Of a stretch of 64,000 nucleotides of DNA, positions 1 to 13,004 are shown one piece after another (the stretch's first letter is position 1; each line of letters begins with the position of its first letter). The position numbers and the translations under genes are program-made. Origin of the DNA: Penicillus capitatus (taxonomy: Eukaryota; Plantae; Chlorophyta); the NCBI GenBank assembly GCA_965649825.1, contig OZ287694.1:1797197-1861196 (forward strand). Direction: 5' to 3'. The notes under the pieces are model-generated. The model had not been told where the DNA came from. It saw only the letters and a list, made by a program, of their open reading frames with translations, and did no database searches.

Positions 1-1463
1 GCATAAGCAATTCGCTCAAACGTGCGCCTATCATTTTGTGAATCTCTCAATGAACGCTTCTTTGTTTCGTTTTTGTATGTTTTTTCTGTCTGCTCATGGC
101 ACATGTGAAAGCAAACGCCATGTAAATAAGGAATTATATATATATAAGCCTCGTGAAAAACAAGTGTCTCTTCGTCGACCACGGAGTCGTCGTGATGTTC
201 TAGAAACACACACCGCCCAGCCGCACGATGACTCGTGAGACGAAAGAGATAGCTAGTTTCCTAATGCGTTACCTTCTGTCGGTCCTCTTCTTGCCAGGTG
301 CGTTATCTCAAGATCGTCGTCGCCGTCATCCTCGTGCGCGTGAAGTGGCTGCATCATGTCTTCGTTGTCTTCGCGAATTTCGCTTCCGCCGCTTGAAAAC
401 ATTCTGTCTGGCGACGTCACTGTAGCGAAGTGTTTAAAAGGGAAAGGTTGAGTATGGGTCGCGCGTCTTGAGTATGGTTCACGCAGGGGCCTCTCTCAAA
501 ATCAGGCTGTGGTCGGGTTATTATCCGTTGTAGAGCGAAAAATGTTAGGTTTTGCAAGGCAGAATCTCGCGTCTATATCATCGTCTTCAGTGCATGCAGC
601 TTAAGGTACATCATTTCCATTGACAAACGATGATGCTTTGCTGACCATGAACTCGAGATAAATCTCCAGGCGAGCTTCCTTCAAATCCGGCTGCGAATTC
701 CTAGTTGTTCTAAATACCACTAATTGACTCACAGTGGCTGTCTTTCGAGCAGATATTATGCGTTCGCCTGCAAAGCACTGCAGCGGACAGTTTGTTTTCT
801 CCGAGGTTTCAGCCTTGATCGTGCTTTAGTTGTTCGAAGTTAAGTACTACACACGGGGTGGAAAAGTCGACAAAAACGTTAAGAAGAACATCGATGATAA
901 CGGTAATTGTCTAAGGGAGAAGACGCAGAATATAAACAACGCCTTAACAGTTCGCACGTCTTTATTGCATCCGTGCAACGATGCTCTTTGTACAGTTCTC
1001 ACCTCCAGAAGAGACTGATGAGAGGAACAGTTACTGACAAGATATGAAAAGACGCCCGATGGACGCTCAAAAGCGATGTCCACTCTGTGTTCTGCATCAA
1101 AACGCAGTGAAAGGCATACACCATTGTTGCGCATTATCGCTCAAGGACAGTCATTAACAAAACACGATGCTGTCTTCACAAGTGAACGTCTGCAGATAGC
1201 TATCCGAGTTGAGATCGCAGAGACGGAGGACGGTGAGAGCGTAAACCAATGAGGTTACGCTCTTTACCCGTTATCAGCGAGAAGTCCGTGCAGCATCCAG
1301 TTCTGTGTCGGCACAGTCTCAGCGACGGTCTGTCCCATCCGTGCCGATCCTGTGCAGAGTTCGCAGCCGAAACAGTCGGCACTATCTCCTGTGTGGAGCC
1401 AGTCGACGCTGGCCGGTTGACTTCGGATTCGAAAGAGCCTTCGATTCTATTACATCATTGATC

Positions 1464-2939
1464 CTATGCCGCTCTGTAGATGATATACGTATTGACAGCC
1501 AGACTCGCCAAAACCAGAAGACAGATGAGGCACTCCGTCAAGTACTTTGACAACCTCTCTATCAACCAATCGAGGTTTCTTCTGTCGAAGATCTTGATCA
1601 GGATGGCCACTTGCTGGCCAACGAGTTTCATCACGGCCAAGGGTGTGATCCCTTTCATCGCCACGTCCAGTTCAAAAAGATAGAAGACAAAGTACCAATG
1701 GAATGCCACCGTCAGCATCCCGGCAGCGAAGTACCTGATGATATCCGTCGCGCGCTCGTTGAGGGTGTAGTAATACCCGAATGCCACGATGCCATAGATA
1801 GGTACCCCCACAAACACGAAACCCAGTGCTTCCTTCGCCAGAAACTTCGATCTGCCCTCTTTGCACCAGGAAATCCAGTGCATAGGAATCTCGTGCGCAA
1901 TGCGCAGTGCCAGCATGGAAGCAAAGAGGGACAGGTTGCCGAAGGCCAGTATAGCAGATAGCTGCTGCGCGCCGTCGTCTGGACGGCTGATCAGCAGCAC
2001 GAGGATCGCTTGAAGTCCGCCAGGAAGCGCCGTCAACAGCGCAGACAGTATGCAGTCAAAACCGCCGGTTAAGAGGTAACCTCCCGCTCCATACCGGCTG
2101 TACTGGCAAGCAGGACTGACGTGATCCTTGAGGCTGTTCCAGACCATGATCATCCAAAACAGATAGGCGGCAAAAATCTTCTCGGACACGTTGACAGCGT
2201 TGACGACTTCGACCAGGGCGGAGACTTCGTTGAGGACATCTCTGAACATGTTGATGGTCTTCCATCCGAAGCCATGCCGACTCAGTGCCGTGCCGAGTGT
2301 CAGGTTCCGATCCAGCTGATCCGGATTCCAGACGGACGCGCCGACGGAGACCTGCGATCCGACGGGCAGCAGGATCCTCGGATAGAGTTGCTGGTTGGTC
2401 TTGATCTCGAAGCGAGGGAGGCCATACCATGCCGGATTGACATACTCGTATCCGCAGATGCACTCCCCCACTCTCAGAGACGTGTTGACGCTCAGAGTAG
2501 GTCGTATCTCGACCCACCTTGGAACAAAGCTGTGCCGCGTCGACCACAGCGCCACGAACTTGTCCAGCAGGTGTCTCTGGTATTCTTCGGTGAGAGCACC
2601 TCTGTACTCTTTCGTGTCGGCGCAGTTCCTGAGGTAGTACTTAAAGTTGTTCTCGCTGCCGAGGATGATCAGGGAAGTGGAGAAGGGCAACATGAAACTC
2701 CTGCGGCGTCGAGGGGAGATGGTCCAGAAGGGGACCTTGCTGGGAATCACGTCTCTTGCGCCGTCCACCTGCCATGTCCTGTCTGCGTATCCGCGAGGAC
2801 CCACATTGGTCGAGTACAATGTGATGCCCAGAACTTCGTCGCTTCGGTTTGAGATGACAACGACTGTCCCCAGAAACAGTGAAGACATCAGCCAGCGACA
2901 GAGAAAGGCGATGCAGTCGTACACCGCATACGGCACCAC
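1464..2939 (-). CDS. Uncharacterised intronless membrane protein (soluble N-terminal half plus ~6-7 hydrophobic segments)
   Basis: 491-aa ORF with protein-like composition; C-terminal half has repeated ~20-aa hydrophobic stretches (IFAAYLFWMIMVW, ALGFVFVGVPIYGIVAFGYY, YFAAGMLTVAFHWYFVFYLF, LICLLVLASLAVNTYII). No family recognised; true start uncertain. Confidence 0.6.
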   Translation of the reverse strand: MVPYAVYDCIAFLCRWLMSSLFLGTVVVISNRSDEVLGITLYSTNVGPRGYADRTWQVDGARDVIPSKVPFWTISPRRRRSFMLPFSTSLIILGSENNFKYYLRNCADTKEYRGALTEEYQRHLLDKFVALWSTRHSFVPRWVEIRPTLSVNTSLRVGECICGYEYVNPAWYGLPRFEIKTNQQLYPRILLPVGSQVSVGASVWNPDQLDRNLTLGTALSRHGFGWKTINMFRDVLNEVSALVEVVNAVNVSEKIFAAYLFWMIMVWNSLKDHVSPACQYSRYGAGGYLLTGGFDCILSALLTALPGGLQAILVLLISRPDDGAQQLSAILAFGNLSLFASMLALRIAHEIPMHWISWCKEGRSKFLAKEALGFVFVGVPIYGIVAFGYYYTLNERATDIIRYFAAGMLTVAFHWYFVFYLFELDVAMKGITPLAVMKLVGQQVAILIKIFDRRNLDWLIERLSKYLTECLICLLVLASLAVNTYIIYRAA

Positions 2940-3946
2940 TGTCCACCATCTCTGCGCCCTCTGAACGCCACTCCCTGCATCGACGCGTTATACAGAGAGT
3001 GCGCCGCAGATCGGATAAACGGGAATGCACCTGTGTGTGGCAACAACGGTGTCGACGCCGACGACGAAGCTCGCTCTGCAGGAACGCAGCGTTCACCGAG
3101 GACGACGCGTGAATCGCACCGTAGGCGTTCATTGGACGGTCTTCGGCGAAGGCGGGCGGTCCAACGATTCGGTTCGTCTGGAGCTTCGTCCGAACAGGCA
3201 GCCGCCGTCTTCGATGATGCGACAGCTTGAACAGTCCGTACCATTGAGCTTCAGAAGACGACTTGCTCGTCGAATTCTCGGTCGTCCGCCATGTTTGAGT
3301 GTTCTCAGAAGATGCGTTGCGGGCGTTGTCGCCACACAGCCGAAATGGAGATTTGCAACCGACTGTGGATTTTTGAAGTGCGGAACTGGTATATCGAAAC
3401 GGCGAAGAACATGCGACGCTGTCCGCGTTGCGGCCACCAGACGTACGCCATTAGCGCGTACGACGCATCTGGACTGAGGGACCTTCGCTCGAAGGCAACA
3501 TTGAATGGCGTTCACGACATTCGAGGCGCATGGTACTGTGACCTTGAAGGCCATCTTCTGCAGTATGAGTGACATCAAACTCATGCGCGCCGCGAATGAC
3601 ATCGTTTATTAGCTCTTGGTGGGTATTGACCTCGTCAGTCTTTGTGAATGGATGATGTCCAACGGATCGACACTCGCTGCCGATACTGCGAACGAAGACA
3701 CAGGAACCTCGAAACGGGGAGCAGTGAACGATGTCCAGTCTGCAGTCTGGTTTCGTACGCAAACGCTGCAGTTAAATAAGCATCATATCAAAAGCGTTTC
3801 GCTGAAGTGCTTCCGCGATCCCGGCCACGGCGATGCACATCCAGCACAACTGGCGAATGGATCGTTCCACAGTTACTGATACGGCAAACCAAGAAAACGT
3901 TCATTGACAGGTGCAGCTCTGCTTATGTGTTTGATCTTCATCCTTG

Positions 3947-5143
3947 TCAGATATGTGTCTGCGTTCCTTGGAAGAGAATGGTCCCGTCTGCTTCGTCCAC
4001 GATGAAGTAGAGAAAAGGACGGTCGACGATGATTTCATGCTGAGGAGAACGGAGACCTTTGGCGTACATGCACGTGGCCGTCGCCACTGCCGCTTCAGTA
4101 CCCTACAAGCAACTTCACTCATCGTCAAGGCCACAAAAAAGTCGTTCGACCTCTTCGTCCACTATGATCTTGGCCTTGTGAATGACTTTGGAGATCTCCA
4201 ACGGTGCATCTTGCGTGATTCCAGAGAAATCCGCCTCGGACGACAGGGCAGTTGCCAGGCCGAGCTTGACAAGCATTCCGCTCAGCGGTTCAAGCGTCTG
4301 TTCCATTTCCCACTTGGGCACTTTGAGGTGGTCAACTTCCCGCTTGACGAACCCGCCACCGAACAGTGAGCCAAGGTGACCGGCGAGGCCCTCTTCTGCT
4401 TTCTTCCATCCGTCGAGCTTGTTCGGCAGCAGGACGTACATCGTGAATGCATCGCCCTCGTATGGCATGGCAAACAGAAGGGCGTCCAGCGCAGCCACAT
4501 CCTTGACGCGAAATCTCTTTCCGATGAGGGACATGAAGGGCACCGTCTGGTCGCCGCCGACTGCGTGGAAGGTGTCGTCTTTTGTCCTGTGTTTAGGGAA
4601 ACGCGTCTCCCAGTTGCCCTTGAAGTAGAGGGCGTTGACGGCGACGAGGGCCGTGTCGGGCGAGAGGGCTCCGGCAGGAACAAGATCCGGAATCAGCCCC
4701 GCCGTTTTCGAACTGACCCATGCGTTGATTCGGACGCGGGCGTCTTCGGCGGCTCGAACGAAATCCGCCAATCCAATGTTGTCCGAGCCAACAATCGACA
4801 CGTAGGTGTCCTCGAGGGTCAGAGACTGTTCGACGTAGATGCGATTCGCCATCTTTGCAACGGAATTGCCGGAGTACTTGGTCAGTTTGGAGGAAAGGCC
4901 GCGACGGATGCGTTTATCCTAGACACGCGTCCTCAGCCCAGTTGAACGCGCGGGAGAGCATACATCGAAATCGAAGAGTGTCTCCAGTTCTGTCTTGGTT
5001 TTGCCGCGAGCGCCGTTGTGAGCGAGGAGGAAGCATGCGGCTATGGACAAGGGCGAGAAGATGAGGTTATCGCCGACGTGGTGCTGTCGCCACTCCGACA
5101 GGAGCTTCTGCCCGAAAACGTTCACCGCATTCGTCGTCGTCAT
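3947..5143 (-). CDS. Serpin (serine protease inhibitor), 3 exons, ~367 aa
   Basis: Exons 5143-4964, 4918-4151, 4102-3947 joined by GT-AG introns of 45 and 48 nt, both phase 0. Motifs NLIFSPLSI, INAWVSSKTAGLI, VNALYFKGNW, HKAKIIVDEEGTEAAVAT hinge, DRPFLYFI. Confidence 0.95.
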
Positions 5144-5460
5144 GGTAAAAACGATGTGCCGTGGATATCCACGAACGTGTTCTTTCTGCGAGGATTCGCG
5201 GAAAACTCCGTCACGGAGGGAATGACTGCGAATAGGATACGAGGACGGATAACCGCTGCGACAGGTGTCTTCATAGCCCGGTTCTGACGTGACCCGGAAG
5301 CTAGCAGGTCTACCGCGTGTTATTACAATGTACCTGTCGACTGTTCTTTATTTCGACAGTGACGGACGCAGAACAAAACCGCCGCTCTTCCTCAAGATCT
5401 CCTCATTTCTTCCCAGTCAGTTGCGCAACGGCGACGCGTTGGCTGCGGTGTTCGACACGT

Positions 5461-5566
5461 GTCGGAAAGCATCAACAGAGATTTACAAAGACGACAAGCC
5501 GTTTCTCGGCAACGGCCATACACCAGCAAATAGGCTACTCATTCATCCAAGTCAAATCAAAATGAC
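5461..5566 (+). repeat. Diverged direct repeat, copy 1 (partner at 10558-10666)
   Basis: gtcggaaagcatcaacagagatttacaaagacgacaagccgttt...cattcatccaagtcaaatcaaaatgac aligns by eye to 10558-10666 at roughly 80% identity with one 3-nt indel. Confidence 0.75.
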
Positions 5567-5965
5567 ATACACACGACATGGGCCCACCAAATCCCTGCGC
5601 CTCCGAAAATCCCATACAAAGAAAACAAATAAACAAACAGAACGGAGGGATCAAATCACTTTCAGTTCCTATCATAGTATCGACGCAGTTGATGGATACG
5701 AACACGCCAGATGAGACGGCCAGTTTGCTTGTGTTTATGTCCCAAATGAAACGCGATTCTCTAGTGACACACTCACAAGGACCATCCCACAATGCAGAAA
5801 AGGGCTTCGGCGACCGGTGTTTTGGCGACATCTTCCACATGACGATCTTCAACTTCTAAGGGTCATCGACGGCGTGCCGCTTACGGAAACGACGTTCTTC
5901 GTATTCTTGATCCTTCCGAGTGTTTTCGATCGCCTTGCGGCTCCATTCTTGCAGCGTTCCCTTTG

Positions 5966-8900
5966 TCACGATTCTCCCGTTCTTCGACAACCGAACACCA
6001 ATTCGTTTGGAGAAAAGGAGGTAACCCTGTGAACAGAGTCATTGATCAGGTTAGTGGCAGACGTGACATTCCTGGTCCACGAAGTCGGGGATGCAACTTC
6101 CAACTTCTTGAGACGGAGCTTAAGTCCGCCCGTGGCTCTTTCGACCATGCCACCAGAATGTGCCTCGCACGTTGAACTGAGGATATGTTCGATGTTCCGT
6201 ACTGCCAGCCATTCTGGAATCTCGTTGCCCGTGAAGCAGGATGCGTTGTCCGTTTGCACTGCCTCTGGACGGCCAAGTTCTCGATCCCATTCCCTGAGAG
6301 CCTCGACAACCACGGAGGGAGTTGGTTGCGAGAGGACTGTCGCCCTCGTCAGTCTGGAAAAAGCAACCACCGGCACCAGAACATATCTGGTGGTTCGTCC
6401 ATGTGGCAACGGATAAGGTCCGGCGACATCCATGAAGACGAGCTGGTTGACACGTGCGGGCAGCTTTCCCTGAATCGTGTCGTGAACTTGCCGGAGAACC
6501 GTTGACAGCGAGGACAACGTGAATCCAGTCCCGCGCTTGCTGAAGCATTCTGGGCCACCGATGTCCCCACGATGAGGGTGCGCACACGTAGTCCCCGCAA
6601 GTGACCCCGGGAATGAACTCTGTCGACGATTTCCTTCTCCGCGTCGGTCATGCCTTGCACTGCATGATTGGAGGCCAGGGGCCTCTGTCGGCGATCGGGT
6701 CGGACGAAAGATTACCACAGCGGAAGACTTTACAAACTGTTTGGAGCAAGGTCTCGAATCGTCTGGTTTCTCCCTTAAGTACCCTCTCAGTGAGGTGACT
6801 TCTATAAGCAGGTGAATCACCCTAGCGCCAGAACCAGGGAAAAGCGCCTCGGATGATTCAACCTGCACCCCCTTGAGACATGAACCCCTTAGAAACAAGA
6901 CAGTCGCATCGGCAGATCGCCATCTTGCCGACAGCCTCATCCTTGACAAAAAATTCGCCAACTCGTTGTGCTCACTTGGCACGAACTTGTACTGCAGCTG
7001 AGGTACATCAGACACGATCCAGGAATCCGGACGAGTAACTCGCACGTCGCTGCGATCAACCTCGAATCCCGAAAGCCGTTCCACAAGAGCCTCGTTGTCG
7101 GAGTAGAGTGTCACGCGGCGAAAGCCGATAAGGCGACGCGTCGCTTCCGGACCGAACTTGGCGGTCCGCAGTTCGCCAAGGAGAGAACTCGCCGATGACA
7201 TCTGGCACGGACACCGAATTGAAATCGGTGAGGCACATGCGCCCTTTGGCGTCCTCAAAGAAAAGCGCGCAGCCACAGCCACGAGCCGACCAATCCGCGC
7301 AGAGATGGAAGCGAGTGACGGAGTTTCCAGTTGTAGTGTACAGAGCCCTTCGAAAATCTGTAACCAGATCCGTCACACGAGAGGCATCGAATGGTTCCTT
7401 GCGCTCGAGACATTCCGCGAGTGGCGAGAGTTTCGTTGCCACCGAGTGGGGTACGTGCCGGCGCAGCAGATCGAATATTCCGAGTTTGGACTGGAGGTCT
7501 CGAGTGGTGGAGATGGGCGTGAGCAGATCATGCTCCCCAGCCTTGATGCATGAGGTGGAAGCGATGCGTCCGTGGGGTTGAGGATCAAATCCGAGACACT
7601 GAACGGACGAAGAAGAGAAGCGAATCTTCCGTTGTCGAATAATCTGGATCCCGTGTTCGTCGAAGCGCTCGAGAACGTCATGCATGTTCGCTGAGAACTC
7701 GGCCTCGGACGATCCACCGATGATGGCGCCGTCCACATAGTTTAGAGCGCCGCTGTCTCTCAGTATACGGCCGACGCGGTCGTGGAACAATCCACTCGAG
7801 AGGCACCATCCCCGCGGGATCACACACCACTGGTACCTGTCAGTGCCGAAGCCGAAGCCGAAGATGTGTCGGATGGACGGCGCCAGGGGAACGGAGAAGA
7901 ATCCGTTGGCGACATCCAGGACACAGAAGTGTGTCCACGTCTCAGGCACTCTCCGAAGGATCCTGCCGATGCTCGCGAGGTCGCCCGGCGGTACCTCAGA
8001 GTGGGCATCGAGCTTGCGATAATCGCTGACCAGTCGCGTCCGCTTTCCTTGGTCCTTCGAGAGGAACATGACTGTGCTTTTGTGTACAGCCGGGACAGGC
8101 TCGAAGAATCCTGCGTCGAGATACTCCTGAGTGGCCCCATCGGCTACGTCGTCTCCGGCCATCCTCATCGCATCGAATGATGATCCGTACTCGGTCTTCA
8201 ACTCTCCGTGGATCCTGGAGTCTCTCTCGTGGACGGACAGGTCCCTCATCTTCTCTGTCATGGGAGGCTTGGTGGAGGAGAGCAACAGAGGATGGGATGC
8301 CCGGCATTCGACGGTGAACATTTCGGACTCCGGGGGCTGCGCATGTTGAGATTCCCTCTGCCCGGCGAGGCTGTGTTCATTCAGATGGCGAACGTCAAAT
8401 CCGACCGGCGAGACGACTGCGACGGCCGATGTCTTTGATGAAATGACGGCTTCGTGTCTTGAAGTGTTGAAGAGCTGCATATTTGTTTCGCCAGAGCGGG
8501 CCGAGTATCGATACGAGCTCATGACACGAGGAATGTGACACGAATCGAACAAACTGAACCGAGTGCCTCGGACGTGCCAAGGCAAGAGAACCCGCTGCCC
8601 ACGCGGCGGCTTGAGAGAGTATGTTTGCCAAACGGAATGACAGTTGAGGTCTCGGCCTTCCTCAATCGCCGGCCACGCTCGAAGAGCCAACGCTGTCCCA
8701 AAACCGTCACGCCGTTGGCTCCGGCCCTCTCGGGCGTGGCGGACTGCCCACTCAGTTCTTGGCAGACGAACCAAGTTGCACAGCACCTTTTCGGCGGTGC
8801 GGGTCTCGAGGTACCGCTCACCGCGGTTCAGTCGAAACTGAAACTTCTCCAAGGCGGGGCTTCCCAGGACAATCCTGCTGGCCTCATTCATCACAAGGCA

Positions 8901-10547
8901 TGTCGCTGGCTCCTGCTCAGGTCCCATCTTCGTCTGCACGACGACCCTTCCCAGCACGTCGGCGGACTCTCCATCGAAACCAGAGACGGACTTCGTGTCG
9001 GAAGGAGAAATGGGGATGCCGTGAGATTCCGCCACCCTTTTTGGCAGGATATCGATGCTTGACCACCCGGAATCATTGAGCACTTTCCTCTTTGCTTCTC
9101 TTCATGGAGGTACCTAGCCACCTCAAACAACGGACGCTGCTCGATGGCATCCACGCCGACGCTGCCCCGCGGAGAGCCTGTTTCCCGATCGAAGATTGAA
9201 TCGCAGCCGGCAGACAGCCGAAGAGATGGATTCTGACCCAGACTTGGTCGCCCTGGAAACGTGAGATGTCGCAGATCTCGTCTCGGACAGTGAATCATCT
9301 TGAATCTCGTTCGCCGCGGCGATGCATCGCCCCTGAGCGCACTCCGGAGATCGCGGTCCGACACGGTTGCACCTTGGACACACATACCGTGGACAGTTTG
9401 TGTTCCAATGGTTTCCTCCGCGGCGGCGACAGGGCGAGGGAGGAGCTTCTGGCGGCGAGAGACATTGGTCTTCCCCAGTTCGATGCCCGTCGGTTTTGTT
9501 GGGGTCGAAGAGATCTCCCGTCAGGCGCCTGGCACTGAGTTTGGGACGGCGTCCTCCTCCTCGTCCATCCAATAAAGTTTCTGAGTCTTTTCAGTGTGTC
9601 TTCGACGGATGCTTCATCCACATTTACGTCAAGCAATGGCATCATGAATTCCTCCGGCAGCTGCAACTTCTATCAGCTGCATCGCCATCGCTTCCGAAAC
9701 TCTCGGTTGGGTGCGGTGCCTGCCATGCGCTTTGCGGTCTCGCCAAGAACGGAAGCAGCTGTTCCTTGTCTTGACGCTTTGCGTCATGCAGATGACGGAA
9801 GGCCCCGATCTCGTCCGCCACAACCTATGGCTTCGATCTGGACCATACCCCAACGGAGACGCTGGCGGCCAGCCAATGAACGCACCAGAGTGACGCTCGC
9901 CCTCACAGAGACATCAGCCGCCGCGAATTCTTGAGTGTCTTCCACAGGGTCCAGGTGTCGTGGAGGCTAAGATAAGGCAGAACGATCCTGACGCCAAGGG
10001 AGCTTCTGTCCCAGCTCTGAAGGATCTCCACAGCAGTGTCTCCGAGCATCCGCACGATTCGCCGCGAGAAGCCTTCGAGGCATCCGTGGACACAGAGTGC
10101 TACCACGTCTTGGAAAACGGCGAAGCGTTTCTTGAGCGCCTCTCCTTCAGTCGCGTTTGCTTGACGGGACGCGTCTTCTTCGCGTGTTTCCTCGAGGATC
10201 TTCGCGGCTTGAAGTACGTCTCGCACGAGCATTCCCCGAACGTCGGTGTGCGACTCGATTTCGACTCGAACCTGTTGTATTTCCGCATTCAGTTTTTCGT
10301 TGTCCCGACGAAGCTGCTCCTCGACTCTGAGCATCCCGGCTTCGAGTTGCTTCACGTCTTCGCGTCCACGTCCAAACACACGCTGCCACATCGCCATTTG
10401 CTCATTTTCGACGATGCCGTTATCGACGTTTCTTCGTTTCCCGATGTTCCAGACGAAGAACAGAACCAACAGCCTCAGAATCGAAGATGATGGACGCAAT
10501 TTCTTCATACTTCCGGTCGAGGCTGGGAGCCCTGCCAGAGTCGGCAT
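5966..10547 (-). mobile_element. Degenerate Ty3/Gypsy LTR retrotransposon (gag zinc knuckle, protease, RT, RNase H, integrase)
   Basis: Minus-strand frames in Gypsy order: CCHC-like knuckles (CRRRGGNHWNTNC, 9123-9572), protease LNDSG, RT LDVANGFFSVPL and NYVDG (YVDD eroded), RNase H ADWS / TLYSDNEAL / NELANFLSR, integrase FMDVAGP, QTDNAS, GMVER. Multiple frameshifts. The 9903-10547 coiled-coil ORF is tentatively included as a gag N-terminus. Confidence 0.9.
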
Positions 10548-10557
10548 GTTTGTTCTT

Positions 10558-10666
10558 GTCGGAAAGCATCAACAGCGATCTACAAAGACGAGAAGCCGTT
10601 TATCAGCAACGGCTGTATATCGAACAAATTGAGGCGACGCATTCATCCAAGTCGAATCAGAATGAC
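10558..10666 (+). repeat. Diverged direct repeat, copy 2 (partner at 5461-5566)
   Basis: Same orientation as copy 1; the two copies bracket the Gypsy remnant about 5.1 kb apart. Confidence 0.75.
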
Positions 10667-13004
10667 GAGGACACGACGACGAGCTAGGATTCCATGAAGG
10701 CGAATGGCAGTCGACTACGAGTAGCTAGACCTGCGTTTCGGTTTGTCCAGTTCATGCGAGGCGCGAGATGACTGGGATACCATACGGATACCGACAGCAG
10801 AAGCCTGTCGGCGTTTCCGAATTGGGAGAAGAAATGGACAGTGAAGACGGAGGAACTCTTACCGTGTCCTTCAGAAGATAGCCTGTGCAGAGCAAAGCGC
10901 TGAGGTGAAGGGTCGAACATCCGAGGGATCCATCCTTCGTGCGGATCGCAAACGCAAGTGAGAATCACTTTTGGTGCCGGAGAACGAATCGTATCTTCTG
11001 TTCTTTCACAGGCAACTCTGTCTGTGATTCCTCTGCGCCGAGGAGTCACGTTTTTGTGCGATGTCTTCAAGATAGCCCTGAGACCAGGAAACTCCCGTCA
11101 CGACAGATTTCAGAGAGTCGTGGGCGCGCTCGGGATGGAGCCATTAGTCAGATCACGACACGCGGCTCTCTGGTATTGGATCCGATGGATCTTACCAGAG
11201 TCTCGCCCTTTCATCCATTTCCTAGCCGGAGATGCACGATGTGTCAGCCGTGTTGCTCGGAACCCATGCCTGGACAGCTTCCGAAGCATCATGCGACCGC
11301 TCTCCTGCTTCGTTCTTCCCAACGTCCGTGTCCCCGGAAAGAAAACGATCGTCCTCCGGTGTCCGATCCCTCAGGACATACCGAACAGAGAAATGCTTCA
11401 AGCATCTGTCTAACTGGATCTGCGCGTTGAATGCAAACCGTTGAATGAAGATGAGATCGGATGAACCGTCGTGACGTTATTCTTCGGGTGGAGCATCCTG
11501 CCCTGTCTATGTCGTACGAACAGCAAAGCAGATCTCTCCGTTTGTCGATTTTCTCGCCGCAAACGCCCTTCGACGTGACTCCGAAGAGCGGCGGCGATCG
11601 AACAGAGGACGCATGCCGAAGCAGCCAGAAGAGGTTCTCTCTGTGAGCGCCTGCGGTCAGTGGGACGCTGCTCTGTTTGGCATAGATTGTCGAAACCTTG
11701 GCGGTATCTCGGTGTCAGATGTCGACCCCTGCCGGTCAGAAGATCCCTCGTCCGTTCGTCGTATCGGATGTGTTGCACAGCAGCTCCACATTACATTGGT
11801 AGGCGATGCCTCACAGTACAGGACCTGAATCGAAGAAAAGCTCCCAGATGACATCGAAAGCTTTCGATCTGTTCGTACCCCATCGCGCGACAAGAAAGGC
11901 GATCAAGAAACGGTCAATAAGCACGAGCTTGTCAAACGGCCACTCCGTGCTCTTAGACGGTGTGGGATCGTAGGTATGTTGTGAAGGATCTTGATAACGT
12001 GGCGCAACGGGTATGTGTTCTCTGGCGGCTGCCTTGACGGACTGCAGTCAACGTTTCTGGTACCGGATCCGCCTGAATAGGAGACGGAGCAACAGATGAA
12101 GGACGTAAAGGACGGCAGAAGATGACGCGGAGGGAGGATGCCGATTCAATGGACTGACTGTCTTTGCGAGGTGGGTGCACACAGCAGTGCATGCGGTGTG
12201 TGCGGCTGGAGGCCTATCCACATAAACTTCGAATTCGACTGCAGCTCAGAGAAAGTCGACCTAACTGCCAAATCGCCGAAAACATCAGCCACTAGGCGAT
12301 GCGACCAATCCCATCGAGACGACGGAGGCGAAGACGGGGGACTAGGTGAGGGTGAGCAAGAGAAGAAGCTTCCAGTGCCCATCGCACAGTGGCTTCTGGA
12401 GAAGCGGCACGCGATTTCCATGGAGAGCATTCCCATCGCTAGCATGAGACTCCTGACTGCAGGTGCCGGAAAAGCTGTCGAGAGAGCAGTGGACCATTCA
12501 CTCTGTGTCCTTGCAGCCTGTCAAGGTCAATCTGTCTACGCTGCCCGAGGCACGTGAGACCTGCATCTGGTCTTGCCCATCTCTGGTTCAGCCAGCCTCG
12601 TTTCCCGTATGATGTGACAGCTGTGTGTAAAAGAAGGTCCGATCCGACCGTCTGTTGTTTTCGGCGCCTGGCGACCGCTTCTACTGCGTTTCATCACGCT
12701 GCTTTTTGTTCGGTTCTTGCATTCTCGAAGGCATTGTGCTGTCTAGATTTTCATGGCCACCTGGCTGTCTTGTTCAGGACGGGTTCACGTGCTGAAGGGG
12801 CGCTTATGCCTTGTCAGAGGAAGCTCCCGTGCTTCGACGGGCGCTGCTCTGTGGTTCTGGTGACGGACTGACGCATCTGCCTAGAGAAGTCACGTCACAG
12901 CACGAGTATTTGAGGGGCAATCAGAACCGTGAATCGTCCAGCTGTGAACACTTGTCGAGTCTTTCGCTGTTATTGCTTTTGCTGCGCGGCACACCGGCGA
13001 CACA

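Noticed and set aside
2121-2852. Long plus-strand ORFs opposite real genes (also 4376-4945, 25109-25699, 27418-28218, 29166-29705, 50188-51357)
   Set aside because: Antisense shadows of GC-rich coding sequence with no recognisable domains.
5289-5714. 141-aa plus-strand ORF between the serpin and the Gypsy element
   Set aside because: No motif recognised; overlaps the diverged repeat, whose conserved frame is a different one.
10684-12900. Scattered 60-160 aa ORFs between the Gypsy relic and PepN
   Set aside because: No consistent frame, splice pattern or motif; possibly decayed sequence but not assignable.
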